Of a stretch of DNA of 64,000 nt, positions 1 to 11,973 are shown one piece after another (the stretch's first letter is position 1; every line of letters begins with the position of its first letter). Below the pieces are notes generated by a model, which had not been told where the DNA came from, did no database searches, and saw only the letters and a list, made by a program, of their open reading frames with translations. This DNA is from Craspedostauros australis. Its lineage: Eukaryota. Location of the stretch: positions 1 to 64,000 of the forward strand of contig JALAGF010001700.1 of the NCBI GenBank assembly GCA_030167865.1. The letters are read 5' to 3'. Both the position numbers and the translations under genes were made by a program.

Positions 1-220
1 GGTCGCGGTCGACTGGTGGGAGACCGACGAGGGAACCCTGTCCTCCCTCAACCATGTTGAGCCACACGAGGGCCGTGATCATGATGACGACGGCGACCAC
101 TGGGTGGACCTCGGACGAGACCTTGGTCTGCTCATTGAAGATGAGTCCGCAGACGATGGTGATCGAGAAGATGAGGAGTCCGGTGGAGTACACCGACTTG
201 ATGAGCTGAATGGGATCCAT
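1..220 (-). CDS. SIT: Silicon (silicic acid) transporter, 5' part; runs off the left edge of the window
   Basis: Manual translation from ATG at 220 (not in the ORF track): MDPIQLIKSVYSTGLLIFSITIVCGLIFNEQTKVSSEVHPVVAVVIMITALVWLNMVEGGQGSLVGLPPVDRD. Two hydrophobic helices precede the SIT EGXQ motif in the context W-L-x-M-V-E-G-G-Q-G-S-L-V-G-L-x-P-V-D. Confidence 0.93.
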   Translation of the reverse strand, partial: MDPIQLIKSVYSTGLLIFSITIVCGLIFNEQTKVSSEVHPVVAVVIMITALVWLNMVEGGQGSLVGLPPVDRD

Positions 221-984
221 CTTGCTTGTTGTTGTGTTGCTTGTTGATACTCTGGTTGTTGCTGTGATTGAGCGTTGCAGAGATTGCAAGATTGTGAGAT
301 TGTGAGCAAACCAGACTCAGGTGCGATAGCCGTTGCGAATTTGCCTGTTGTCGCCTGTGGTTGTCTGGTATGTTTCTGTATTAGTACGTGATGCTGGTTG
401 TTCCCACATTTTCCTGGTCGCTTCTGCTGTTGTTTGGCTTGTCATTCCTTTGCTTTCGTTTGTGTTTGTTGTTGTCGTTGTTGTTGTTTGATTTTCGAAA
501 AGATGAGCGAAGCAACCTCATAGTCCGCGAAATCGAGTTGGGACAACAGAGCGGAAAGACAAATCAACAATAATATTAATTATATGCACATCTGAATATA
601 ATGATAAAAGAAGCGATGACGTTTCAGACTCACCTCGCTGGCTGGAGAAACTGGCGCGAAAAGTCGGCATTTGCGAAAGCCGAGAATAACGGTCGGGCCT
701 TTTCCATCCAACACCAATCCGATGAATCGTGGACGGAAGCCGAAACACGATCGTGATTGGAACCGTGTTCACGATTCAGTTGAATCCGTGTTGTCGTGAC
801 TGACAATCAGGATGTTTCGATTTTGGGCGCAAAGGACAGGAACAACAATCGATGTGTGTGGAGAAAACGAAAGGAAAGGATACTCGCCGCGGTGATGACC
901 GTGTTGCTGGGGGAAAGAGGATTGGAGGCAGGTCTTCTTCTGCCCTCTGTACTATTCGCATAATGCTTGGATGGAGCTGCAACC

Positions 985-3900
985 ATGTGGAAGGAGAAGA
1001 AGTCCAAGATCAAGGCTGTCAACAGCAATGGGGGAAGCAAGCAAAGAAAGGCAGCGAAACAAGAGCGAGGGGAAGGACGAAGCACAAAAACAGATGTGAG
1101 ACGGACTCCTGCAGGCGCCGGCGTGGCAAGGTCGTTTCGGCCAAGCAGGCGGAGCAAGCAAGCGGCCATGCTGCGTCTCTCTGAACAGGAAGCACGCAAC
1201 TTGACCGTGATCAGGAACATGGAATCCAATGAACACGAGTGGCAGTTGCTGCGACAGTCGGTGTCACAAGAACGACAGTTTCCCAAGCAGCAGAAGCTGC
1301 AGCCCGCGAAGGCACAGACAAGGCAACCGGCGATCACGGAGAAGGGGCAAGCACGGCGTCGGAAGCCACGAGAACGTCCAAGGAAGACACCCTCGCAGGT
1401 CATCAATGCTTCCGGGCAACCAGAATTTTCAAAGGGAAAGGTTGCGACAGCAATGCCGAAACGAAAGATCGCCAAACGGAAAGCCGAGCGGCCGCCGACA
1501 AAGAAGCAGCCGGAAGTCACGCTGCCCAAGGTGAGATCGAGAGAGGAGAGAGCGGCCAATCGTCGCAGTGCTGCTCGTGACCGCACGGATGATAGGAGCG
1601 ACAATGACACCAACGGCAGCATCGCAAGTATCGACAGGAGGAGCAGCAAGAGAAGTCGCCGGGAACCAAAGCGATATGACTCCCTTGTTGGTGTATTCGA
1701 AGTGGGGGCGCAAACTGAACAAGTACAGCAGCAACGTGCAGGCAGGAGTGAAGCTGGTGATCTTGGGGAGGTTTCATCGCACGCTGAAGCAAGGCCGGAT
1801 TCCATGGAAACTGGCAGTACCCCGAGTACTTGTAAAGATCTTCAACAGCACACCACGAGTTTGGTTTCGAGCACTCAAGATCAAGATGATCAAAACGAGG
1901 GCGATGACCATCCTCAACGAGAGGTGGCCGATTCATCCATTCCAGATCTTCCCGAGAACATGGAGGATCTCAAAGCATCGGCGCCAGCATCAAAAGCACG
2001 TGCATCCCATGTGAAGGAAGTCGATAGAAACCTCGGCCGATACTTGCGGTCTGTCAGGAAGAAGAAAGCGCGTTGGAGAAACCGGAAGAAGCCGATGCCT
2101 CCAGACCCAACTCCAGATGTGCTGGATGAGGATACGGCACACATGTATCACAACCCCCCGTGGCCAGGACATGTGTCGAAAACAATGGAAACGGTCTCAC
2201 CGGAAGATCTGCCACCTCTTCCACAACCACCTCCCATTCCGCAGCTACCATCGTCAGGCTCTTGCGAATGGAGTTGGCACGATGAGTCTCGCGTGCTGTA
2301 TGCCGACTTTGCAACGGATCGCACCATCGACCCTTCCGATCAACTCTTCTTCCTGCAGATGCTGGAACGACCCGACCTCACCGTCGTTAGCAGGGGCTTG
2401 GCCTCTTTCCCTTCCGTCGATTCTGCTCGCACCGAATCGGTTTGGGTCTCGGACGAGGATGAAAACAACAGCACCGACAGTCTCGCTCAAACTGCCGATC
2501 GTGCGGCATCTCCTTCCAACGCAGGATCACAATTGCAGAATGCAAACCCACATCCAAACCAACAACTGCTGGATGTGATCCAAGAAGCGGCAAGCAACAT
2601 GGACGGCTTGGTGCGCCCCTCCTTTCGGCGATTCGACACCCAAATAGACGAGCTCGGCAACGTCGTCGGTGTCAATGAAGTGGACAAAGTTCTGAGGATG
2701 ACCTTTGCTGATTTCCATCGGTATCTGCGGCAACGGCATGCCGTCATGAATGGCGACCACGGCGATGGCATCGGCATGCCTGCGACCCAATCCGAAACCA
2801 ACGTCGGGGCATCAGAACCAACGGTGATCGCAGAGGAGCGACCGCCAACGAACAAAGAGTTCACGTTCGTCAACGTTTCAGGGGAGCCGGTGACATTCAA
2901 TGTCGATAGGACAGTCCTGTATCTTCTCGACCTCGATCTTCCCAATTCGTTACCGGATATCCACGACAGCTTCCGTCGCAGCATGCGGATGGATGCCTTG
3001 TTGCCTGGTGGCAAGTACTGCATGATGCATCACGTAAGTAAAGCAATGCGATCTTGCTGATGGTGCATTCCACAAGTATTCGGACCCTCGCCGCACCAAA
3101 CGTGTGCGCGGAGTTGGTGCATGTGGCAGGTGGAGCTGGACAATGGAATTGCTGTTTGGATATTGGTCCACCGTCCTGACACACAAGGAGACAAAGACTG
3201 CTCGAATGTTGACCGCACCATGCTTGCGACCATTTTGGTCTATTCACCATTTGTACCACACAGCCACGCACACACACTCTGACACTATTCTTCTCGTACT
3301 CTGTTGTGCATGCGATCCATCTCCCTTGTTTGAACCGAACAACGGGCAAGCGCAGCTTGATCACAAGACAAGGCCCTTCATGGGACCCAACCTCTACGCC
3401 ACCCCACCTGAGGGCTTCACACACTTTCATCAGGATGGACATGGGACGGTCGATTCGGGCCATTTCTGCGTGTCAGGGTACAACGAGGTGGTGATGCTCC
3501 GGCGGATGCCGGAGAGGCACAAGCAGCACGCACTGATGCTATTAACGCAGCGAAATGGAAAGCGTCAGAAGGAGTATGGTTCAACCAAATCCGCAGATCA
3601 CACGAGGGCTGATGACGCCGATCATGCCGTGGAGAGTGCGAATCATGCAAATGGTGCAAATGGCAGTATTGCGCAAGTCCGAGAAGAGGCATCCCAAAAG
3701 GCAAGCGAGGCGGCAACCGTCGACGGCCCTCATTCCGACAACCTTCAACCAGACAGCAAACCAGTACCGAAATACACATTCTTTGATGGTCTGTACAAAA
3801 CTCCTCATGCGGATGCAAGGGTAAGACCGAAGCTACCTTGATGAGAGGAAGCAGGCGAGAGGCAGGAAACTCAACGTCTCCATGACCTCTGTTCGTGGCC

Positions 3901-6094
3901 GCTTCATTTCTTCGTATTGTGACCATCATCTGCCCACTTTGAATCTCACGACATCGTCATTCGTTTGCCCTATTCTTCTTGTCCTCTTCTGTATTTTGGC
4001 CACTCTAATATCTACGGTTGTGCCACTGCACGGCACCTGCAGGGCGCCAAACCGGAGTGGCCAAGAAGCGAAGCGATCAAACAGTGCAAGGTTATGGGGT
4101 GAGTGACAAGTGCGCTCTTGTGCAACCGCTGCTTTGTGACTGCTACTGCGCCGGCATTGGCACCGGTACTGGCGCCGTAAGGTTCCTGCAGCTACTTGCA
4201 AGCACGTCACGCCAGTCTTCTTGACACCTAATGATGCAGCGACAGGCACGGACGAGCATGGTGCATTGACTGCACGCCGGACCACCAGCGATAGCTCTAC
4301 TATTCAGAAACATCTTGTCATCCATGGCATCAACAAACGTACCATACTCACCTCTTTCGCACACACACACACTCTTACTCGTTTCCAGGTACTGTCCGTC
4401 TGTGTTCGTGCTAAAACCTGGAGAATTGGTGCACATCAACAAGGGACGGCTGCATGCATTCCGCAAGCTTTCATCGAACGAGCTGCCTCATGATGATTGC
4501 CACCACGCATTGCGGCAGGGCATTCACCAAATGATGAAGCGGCAAAGTGGGAAGGACAGAGTCGATGAATATTTTTGCATGAGCGTTGCCTGGGACTGGA
4601 TGTTTCTTGGCTTCACTGCCTTGGGGATCCACCGCGAAGTGTCATCAACCTTGGAATGCGAGGCCTTGAACATGGCGCACGGATGCGCGTCGCTTGCAAT
4701 CCCGGAGCTATGCCTATGGACGATGGCCAGTTCGACCCTTCGATCCATAGAGTCATCGAGATCGCGCCGGCAGCAGAACGGGTTGCAAAAGCGGAGGCTG
4801 TTTGCCAGCCGTGGATTCAAACGAAACAGACCAAGCAAAGGCAAACGCAGAACTGCACCGACGAAGCAGCCGGATCTTGACTTGGAGGTTGTCTGCGCCG
4901 GGATAAGCAAGTCGCTGGAGTACTTGAACGACAAGACCAGGTCCTCGATGGATCGTGCGCGGAAGCTGCTGCGTGCCCAAACACGTGGGAAGTGCACGGA
5001 CAGGATCTGCATCGATACGACAACGACAGATGTGCAGAAGGTGGAGCGCTTCAGAGGTCAATTCGCGCACGGAAACGCCATCCAGTTACATCTTGACCCA
5101 TTGGGGAACATTGATGAGTACAACTGCGAGATCTGCTTCCGCGAAATCTCCAACGTCTACTTCCAGTGCGATGGCTGCAAGCGGTTGCTGAACCACACGA
5201 ACAACATCTGCGTGGATTGCCACGCGAAGCGCTTTTACATGTTCTACAACGACAAAGTCTATCCTGCAGGCTCCAGCCCATCCGCCTCTGACAGCAACCC
5301 ATCAAGAACACATTTCGGTGAGTGCCGATGAGTGTCTGAGGCGAAACGCAAATGGGACAACACCGTTCCGAAGGGACGTTGCTTTCAATAATTCTGATGG
5401 GGGTTGCTGCTTTGACGATAACTGCGCTCGTTGTAAGTCGATCTGTCCTCACACATGACGATCTGCTTCTCCCTTCTGTTGCTGATCTTGTGCTGCCGTT
5501 CCTTTTGATAACGTCATCCCGAGCGGTACCATCGCACCTATTCGGCCATGATTCCACACGATGTGATGTTCGTCATGGACATGAGCAGTGCGTATGCTTC
5601 ACGGTAACAGCGGAGTCGGAAGCGAAAGCGGCAGTGTCAACGGTAACAGCAACGACAACGCTAACACCGTGAACGCCGCTACCTGTAACAACACCAGTAA
5701 TGTCCAACAGGAGGATGAGGAAATCAACGCCGACACGGAAGACGATAATGATGCCGTCGATAGTTGCATCTGCGGGTCTGGCCGACCGCATAGACCATGC
5801 AGCACATGCGGCCAGTGCTCTCAGTGCAACTGCCAGTGCCACACCCACTTCACGGTAAGGTTCCGCGTGCTGTCGGAATCCGCAGAGGCAGCCGTCTGCG
5901 AGAAGGTTCGGCACATCGCCGAAGAAGCGATATCCTCCCCCGAAAGCCTCGTGACTTGGCCAGGCTTCGACCGCATCGGAAAGTTGCGAGATCGAGTCGA
6001 CATGGTGCTCGATAATTCGAGGGGTTCCCTGCTGAAATCCATCGAGGCAGAAGTCGCTGCCGTCGTCCAAGGGGCCGCACCAAGGAAGAAGTGA
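985..6094 (+). CDS. JmjC-domain (Fe/2-oxoglutarate) protein with Cys-rich Zn-finger-like segments; putative chromatin demethylase/hydroxylase; 5 exons
   Basis: Inferred exons 985-3033, 3356-3820, 4043-4098, 4389-5317 and 5589-6094; all introns GT..AG with consistent phase. The HxD motif lies in GPNLYATPPEGFTHFHQDGHGTVDSGH and the distal His in VLKPGELVHINKGRLHAFRK. Cys clusters CEIC..CDGC..CVDCH and CSTCGQCSQCNCQCH follow. The N-terminus is basic and low-complexity. Confidence 0.8.
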
Positions 6095-7192
6095 ACACGC
6101 TTCAGCTGATCCAGGCTGCATACAATGTTTCTAGACAATAAATCGGCGCTCAATGAGCAATAAATGAGGAGAGGTGGGAGCATGGAGATGAACATGAACA
6201 TGGGCATGGAAGTTCCCCACCGTGTGTCTCTCCCTCGGACGAAGGGCATTTTCGGCTCTACGTTCAGAAGAAGCGCCCGGGAACAGGGCACGAGCATGAT
6301 GCGACACTTCGACAACGGTAGCTCGTGTTATATTTTGGAGGCGATGGCGACGGTGATAGAACAGCAGCAACGACGCAGCGATCATTTGGTTGCGTTCGTG
6401 TTCGTATCCGTGTTCGTGTGAGACCAACATTGGATGCAGGAGAAGGAGCAACTTCGATGGCGGCACCAATTTGTCGGCTGCATAAGATGTCGGCTACTTG
6501 CTTCGACATACGACTCGGGTGGAAGCCAATGTAAACATCCACCTCAATTCTCCATTCTCCAGACATGGTTTGATCCCCCCATGAAAGCGCCGAAGGGCAC
6601 CCAGATGTAGAATAGACACACATAGAGTCAAACGAAGTAGACCAGAGTGCACATACGGCGCAGCCGAACGTGGTACCCAGCTGGCACCTGTGTTGGATTT
6701 GTCGGTAGAGTGGCGTCCGAACGTTCGTTTTGCCATGGTGCTTGGTGGTGTTCATAAATCCCTCTCGGGCGCAATGTCCAAACATGTGTCCGTCTTGCAG
6801 TCCAAGATTCGTTGCCTTCGACCCGCCCGGTTGAAGTTCGAACGCATCGCCTTTGGGGGAGAAGCTGTTCTGTGTAGTATGTGAATCTGTGGCTTGTTGG
6901 CACATGTTGCCACCATGTAACACCATACAATGGATCAGAGTGGAAGTGGAGTGGAGCGGGAGTCAGCGCAAGGAATCGTTCTATAAATGATAGGGTCAAG
7001 TATTATTGGGTGGAGCAGAGGGGATGCTCTGAGGTGATGTGCGACAATTTTGTCCAAAGTTTGCATTGCATTTATTTGCAAGAAGCACCACCGCTGCTGC
7101 TACCGTTGGTACTGAAGTTGATGCTCTCCACAGCCGTCCACAGTTGTCCACAGTCAGCGAGTATGCCTCCTCGTATTAACGCTGCTCTGTCC

Positions 7193-8398
7193 CTACGGCT
7201 TCCGCCATATAGCGCGAACTTGATCCGTTCGAAATCTCTGCGTGCAGGAACTGTCCTCCAAGGCAGTGGCAAAGCCGTATTGCAGTGCGAATATGCCAGC
7301 CTGAGCAATCATCGCCCCGTTGTCTATGCAGTATCTGTGATCCATGGCGCACACGGTCCCCCCGCGCTGTTCCACCATCTTGGCCATCATCTCCTGCAGC
7401 CGCTTGTTGCATCCCACGCCACCAACGATGAGCACCTGGTCCTGGCCCGTGTGCGCCATCGCCCTTTCTGTCGTTTCGATGAGCATCGCGAAGATGGTCT
7501 CCTGCAAGGAGAAGCATAAGTCCGCGACAGATTCTGTCTTGGCGAGTTCCTGCGCTTGCGTGAGAATCCCCGAAAAGCTGACGTCCATCCCCTTGACGCA
7601 GTACGGCAGCGGCAGGAACTTCGTACCCTTCTTCGCCTCCTGCTCGATGTTGTAGCCGGGCGACGGGTCGTTGCTCAGCGAGATAACGCGTGCGAACCGG
7701 TCCAGACAATTTCCAATGGCGATGTCGATCGTTTCTCCGAAGATGCGGTAGCGCTGATCGGAGTACGCGATGACCTGCGTGTTGCCGCCGCTGACGTAGA
7801 GAACGACGGGGTTGGACGCGCCCGTGGCCAGCCTGCCCATCTCGATGTGTCCCACGCAGTGGTTGACGCCGACGAGGGGCAGATTCCACATCAGCGACAG
7901 CGTCCTGGCGCACGTTGCGCACGATTGCAAGGGCGCGCCCATTCCGGGGCCCTTGGTGAAGCATATCGCCGAGATGTACTTGTGGTGGTCCTTGGGAGGG
8001 ACGCCAGGAAAGGCCTCCGCCAGAGCGGTGCGTACGAGCGCGACGATGTGCGCCTGATGATGCCAGGCGGTTTCCTTCGGCAGGAAGCCATGGCCAGTCG
8101 GCGCTATGTACGTCTTTCGTGGATTCGCCAGGATGGTGTAGGTCGCCTGCTGTTGTTGTTGCTGCTGCCGAGTTGACTGTTCGCCATTATCATTATCTGC
8201 AGCGGCATTAGTCTGTGCGGGTGTGTACCTCACGACGCCCACACCAACCTTGTTGGCGGATCCCTCGATGCCCAAGACGATCGTGTCGCCATCCGCATTG
8301 GGCTTGTAATATGATGGGATCCCGCACGGCAGAGGGAGGTTCTTGATGGGGTCCGCCAAGCATGGTGGGTCGGTCGCTGTCTTTGATGTTACCTTCAT
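7193..8398 (-). CDS. KAE1: tRNA N6-threonylcarbamoyladenosine transferase Kae1/OSGEP (KEOPS subunit)
   Basis: Motifs [61 protein letters not shown] and [10 protein letters not shown]. Single exon; first ATG at 8398. Confidence 0.96.
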   Translation of the reverse strand: MKVTSKTATDPPCLADPIKNLPLPCGIPSYYKPNADGDTIVLGIEGSANKVGVGVVRYTPAQTNAAADNDNGEQSTRQQQQQQQATYTILANPRKTYIAPTGHGFLPKETAWHHQAHIVALVRTALAEAFPGVPPKDHHKYISAICFTKGPGMGAPLQSCATCARTLSLMWNLPLVGVNHCVGHIEMGRLATGASNPVVLYVSGGNTQVIAYSDQRYRIFGETIDIAIGNCLDRFARVISLSNDPSPGYNIEQEAKKGTKFLPLPYCVKGMDVSFSGILTQAQELAKTESVADLCFSLQETIFAMLIETTERAMAHTGQDQVLIVGGVGCNKRLQEMMAKMVEQRGGTVCAMDHRYCIDNGAMIAQAGIFALQYGFATALEDSSCTQRFRTDQVRAIWRKP

Positions 8399-10326
8399 TG
8401 TCAATGTTGTTGATGATGTCTGTTCGTGTCCGTGTCTGTGTGAGGTGGTGGACTACTGATACTCCTAATCAGTCGATATGTTGATTGGCTGACGAGAGTG
8501 GTTTGACTGAATTGATTGGTGGTCCTTGGCTTCTCTGGCGCGTTTTCGTTTCGTATTGTTGTGTTTTGCTTGTGGTTGGATCTTTCGTCGCTGGTTGTTG
8601 CGCTTGTTGTCATTGATTCTTGGCGCGCTGTTTGCTCATCGTCGTGGGGGTTCTCGTATCTTGGATGTAGTCTAGATTCATTGTAGTCTGTCAGGAGAAG
8701 GCGTTCGGCTGCCATGCACGGACCAGAAGGAAGGAGACAGAAGAAGCACGAGCAGAAGGCAGCGGGAGACGTGCATCAGTGCAAATATCAGTGCGACTCT
8801 ACTTCTGCACATGCGTGTAGGACCATTCTTGGTTGTGGGAAACAACCGCAGAAGCAGTTCTCTCCTTGCCTTCCGCAACAGGTACTGTTGCACCAAATCC
8901 CTTGGTCGTCGTACTGACACGATCTATTGATACGGCCATCATCCCTCTCGGCGCTCCGCCCTCTTGAAGGTCAAACTTGTGGATGGCTTGTATCGCATCG
9001 TAGGCACCATACTATACTTGTCCCAGGAGTTCGTAAATATAGCTCATGGATTGATTGTGCGTTTGTGTGCGTGTGTGTGTGTGAGAGAGAAGGTGGCAAG
9101 TGAGAAGCTTGGCAGCGCAACTTCACCACCGCCAGAACATACGTTCCGTCCCAACAAACAGGATTTGGACGCAAGAGGAGAGAGCTGATCGTGGCCATGC
9201 GGTTTGGTGATAGATGTGCGAACGAAGCATCCCATTGCCTTTGCCCAACGTACGAGTACGAGTTCGGAACATTGTCATACCAGAGCTGCATCACCGATAC
9301 GTGCTCTGCGCTGTTCCACTCCGCTCTGCTCGCATTTGCGATACTCCTCCCAAGGCACAATTTACTTATTCAAGCCGCATCGTGTTGGTGGGATCATGTA
9401 CGGAGCCAGGGAGAAAAGAAACCGAACGCTCCTCGGATCGGCTTTTGGTGTGTAATGTCAGCGCTTCAACAAGTACGCTCTGCCATCCATAGATCGTACT
9501 TTGCCACACTTTACTCTCTGGTTGCAGCCGGTTGAAGATAGACTTGATTGTACCAATGCACCCGCCGGCTGTTCGTACGAGCACGACCTATCAGTATTCG
9601 TAGAGCGCTGCCGTCAAAACCAACGAGGAAAGGGAATTGGAGGACGATAACACGTGCACCATGCGCAGCGGGAGGTAGCGCCTGGGTGGAAAGATCGCAA
9701 CCAACACCTTCGCATGAAGGCAGTGGAGAACAACAATAAAGCTGCGATGCTGACGAAGACGAAACATCGATTCAAACAACAGCACCTCTGTCGCATCAAC
9801 ATCCGAACAAAACAAAAAGGTAACTCAGTCCTCAGAACAGGACGCCGAGCGCCGATATTGCTGTCACTTTTCAGCGCTTTCCACCTTGCATTTCGATATT
9901 TACCCTTGCGACCATCCAAGTGAGAGACAAATTCCACAATGTCACCGTTTCAACCTGGTGAGGTTCATGGATAATCTTTGCTGTGGTGCGTCGCAGCAGC
10001 TTCTTCGCTCCGCTCTTCCTTCACGTCTCGCCTGAGCTCGTGACTATGCACCACACACGCATTGCGGATACGAGTTGAGCGCATCGAATGCTTGTACGGA
10101 CGCCTTGGGGAGGGATCAGAATGCCTGCATCACGAACGGAATACGGCCTTCCGACCAAGAGGGACCATGGACCAAACATACCCCAGCTGGTCGCGAATGC
10201 GACGCAGGTTCATCACCATTACCTCTCTGAACAATCCACTTTCATCACTTGTGCCACCGTGTGCCACCGTGTGCCACCATCAGCAGTATCTGTACCTGTA
10301 CTCGCACTTGCGCTTGCACTTGCATT

Positions 10327-11973
10327 TCAGCGAGCGGTCGGAACCATCCGCATAGCGTTGGTACCGAAGCGACCAGGACGGAACGGGAACAACGAGACCC
10401 GCGGGGACTCCTTCCCAGTAGCGATAAGATGCGCCATGGCCTCACCCGTCGCAGGTCCCATGAGGATGCCCCAGCAGGAATGGCCAGCAGCAATGTAGCA
10501 TCCTGGCATGTCTCCGTCAGCGCTCGAAGCCAATGGGCCCATGAGCGGCATGCCATCCGGTGTTGATGGGAGGTAGCAGGAAGACTCGACACAATCAGCT
10601 GATGTCGACGATCCAAGGCGAGTACTATCGTCATCAACGCTGCTGTTGGTGTCGCGAGTCTTAGCTAGCTTGCCAGACCACGGCGCTGCAGGAGATGCCA
10701 TCTGAACCGCCTGTCGGATTCGTTTGATCTTTTCGGGCCGGACCTCCTCGTGGCCTGGCTCCTCCGTGACGCGGACGGGGTCGTCAGGAAATCCGGTGAG
10801 GTAGGCAGTGCGGTCTGGACGAACGTACACCTCAGGATCTCCTGCCCCGCTGAAGAACACGCACTGGGACAGCACCTCATCCGTGGGCACAACGACGCTG
10901 TGATACTTGACGCCCGTCATGATGCTGGACGTCCATGGACCGCAAGCGTAGAGCAAGGCGTCGGCATCGATCAACGTTCCATCCTCGAGCTTGACGCCCT
11001 TCAGTTGGCTGCGACTGATGTTTTGGCTGCTGTTGGCGTCTCCGCCATCGCTCTTGGCTGACTCATGCACCGGGGCAGCAACTTTGCCTTGCACGATCTT
11101 TGTTGATGATGCCATCCGTCTGGTCTCTTCCAGCAGAGTCTCACAGAGCCTCTTGGGATGGACCTGCGCGATGGTTTCCTCCGATCCCAGTGGCTGCATC
11201 CCCAGGACGCCCTGACCATCCGCCCATTCAACGCCTTCCAACTTCTTCCCGCTCGGTCGATTCCCGCCCCGGCCATTCTTCATCTCATTCACGCTCACTG
11301 CCGCGCATGTCAAGCGCCGGTATTGGATCTTCTCGGCGCCGACAGCATCCGCAATCTCCTGGTGCAGCTGAAAGGAGCGCCGTGCAAGAGGACCGACGGG
11401 GCTGTGATCGTTCCAATCCAAAGCAAGGAACCCGCCTGCCTTTCCTGACGCCGCAGGTGCCACGGCGCCTGATGGATCGACGATGGTGCACGCGATGTTG
11501 AAGTCCCTTGCCAGATAATAGGCCGTGGTCGTACCTATCACTCCGCCGCCTGCAATCACCACGTGCTTGACATTGGTAGGCTCTCCGTCGTCTGCCCTCT
11601 CTGCGGACATGGCCAATGCTCGTACTCTTGAGTTTGCTTGCTGTCTTCGCACGCAAGAAGAAGCGTAAGGAGCAGCCGTGCTTGTTGATGCTGCGTGGCC
11701 GCCAACGAACACGTTGCGGAGACACCCCCTTTGATCGGACCTGTTTCGGTTCGATGCTTGCCACCGATGAGGGTTCCTCGGCGTGAGCGTTGGTGCTGAG
11801 AAACCCAAGCACGTGGTGACGGAGGAGGATAGACCTCTGGGTGCGAGTATGGTCAAGCTGATTGCGATAACTGCAATCCTCCGTGTCGAAGCCACGGACT
11901 TCGATGCCTCACTTGCGGCGCGCTTGATGGTGCTTCTCCTCCCAAGTTGCCTCTCTCCAGACACGGAGGGCAT
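10327..11973 (-). CDS. FAD-dependent oxidoreductase (DAO/glycine-oxidase superfamily, TDA3-like); possible organelle-targeting leader
   Basis: Rossmann motif VVIAGGGVIG, ASGKAGGFLA and C-terminal AAGHSCWGILMGPATGEAMA. The start is uncertain. ATG 11973 precedes a hydrophobic stretch ending ...TTCLG-FSAP; the further 5' extension of the listed ORF looks non-coding. Confidence 0.85.
   Translation of the reverse strand: MPSVSGERQLGRRSTIKRAASEASKSVASTRRIAVIAISLTILAPRGLSSSVTTCLGFSAPTLTPRNPHRWQASNRNRSDQRGCLRNVFVGGHAASTSTAAPYASSCVRRQQANSRVRALAMSAERADDGEPTNVKHVVIAGGGVIGTTTAYYLARDFNIACTIVDPSGAVAPAASGKAGGFLALDWNDHSPVGPLARRSFQLHQEIADAVGAEKIQYRRLTCAAVSVNEMKNGRGGNRPSGKKLEGVEWADGQGVLGMQPLGSEETIAQVHPKRLCETLLEETRRMASSTKIVQGKVAAPVHESAKSDGGDANSSQNISRSQLKGVKLEDGTLIDADALLYACGPWTSSIMTGVKYHSVVVPTDEVLSQCVFFSGAGDPEVYVRPDRTAYLTGFPDDPVRVTEEPGHEEVRPEKIKRIRQAVQMASPAAPWSGKLAKTRDTNSSVDDDSTRLGSSTSADCVESSCYLPSTPDGMPLMGPLASSADGDMPGCYIAAGHSCWGILMGPATGEAMAHLIATGKESPRVSLFPFRPGRFGTNAMRMVPTAR

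Noticed and set aside
79-309. 76-aa minus-strand ORF in the track
   Set aside because: Wrong frame; the real coding frame here is the SIT starting at ATG 220.
985-6094. Idea that the JmjC enzyme hydroxylates silaffin lysines because it neighbours SIT
   Set aside because: No signal peptide, and the basic NLS-like N-terminus and Zn fingers point to a nuclear role; adjacency alone is not evidence.
6264-6926. 220-aa minus-strand ORF between JmjC and Kae1
   Set aside because: No recognisable motifs or codon bias; likely a chance ORF in convergent 3' regions.
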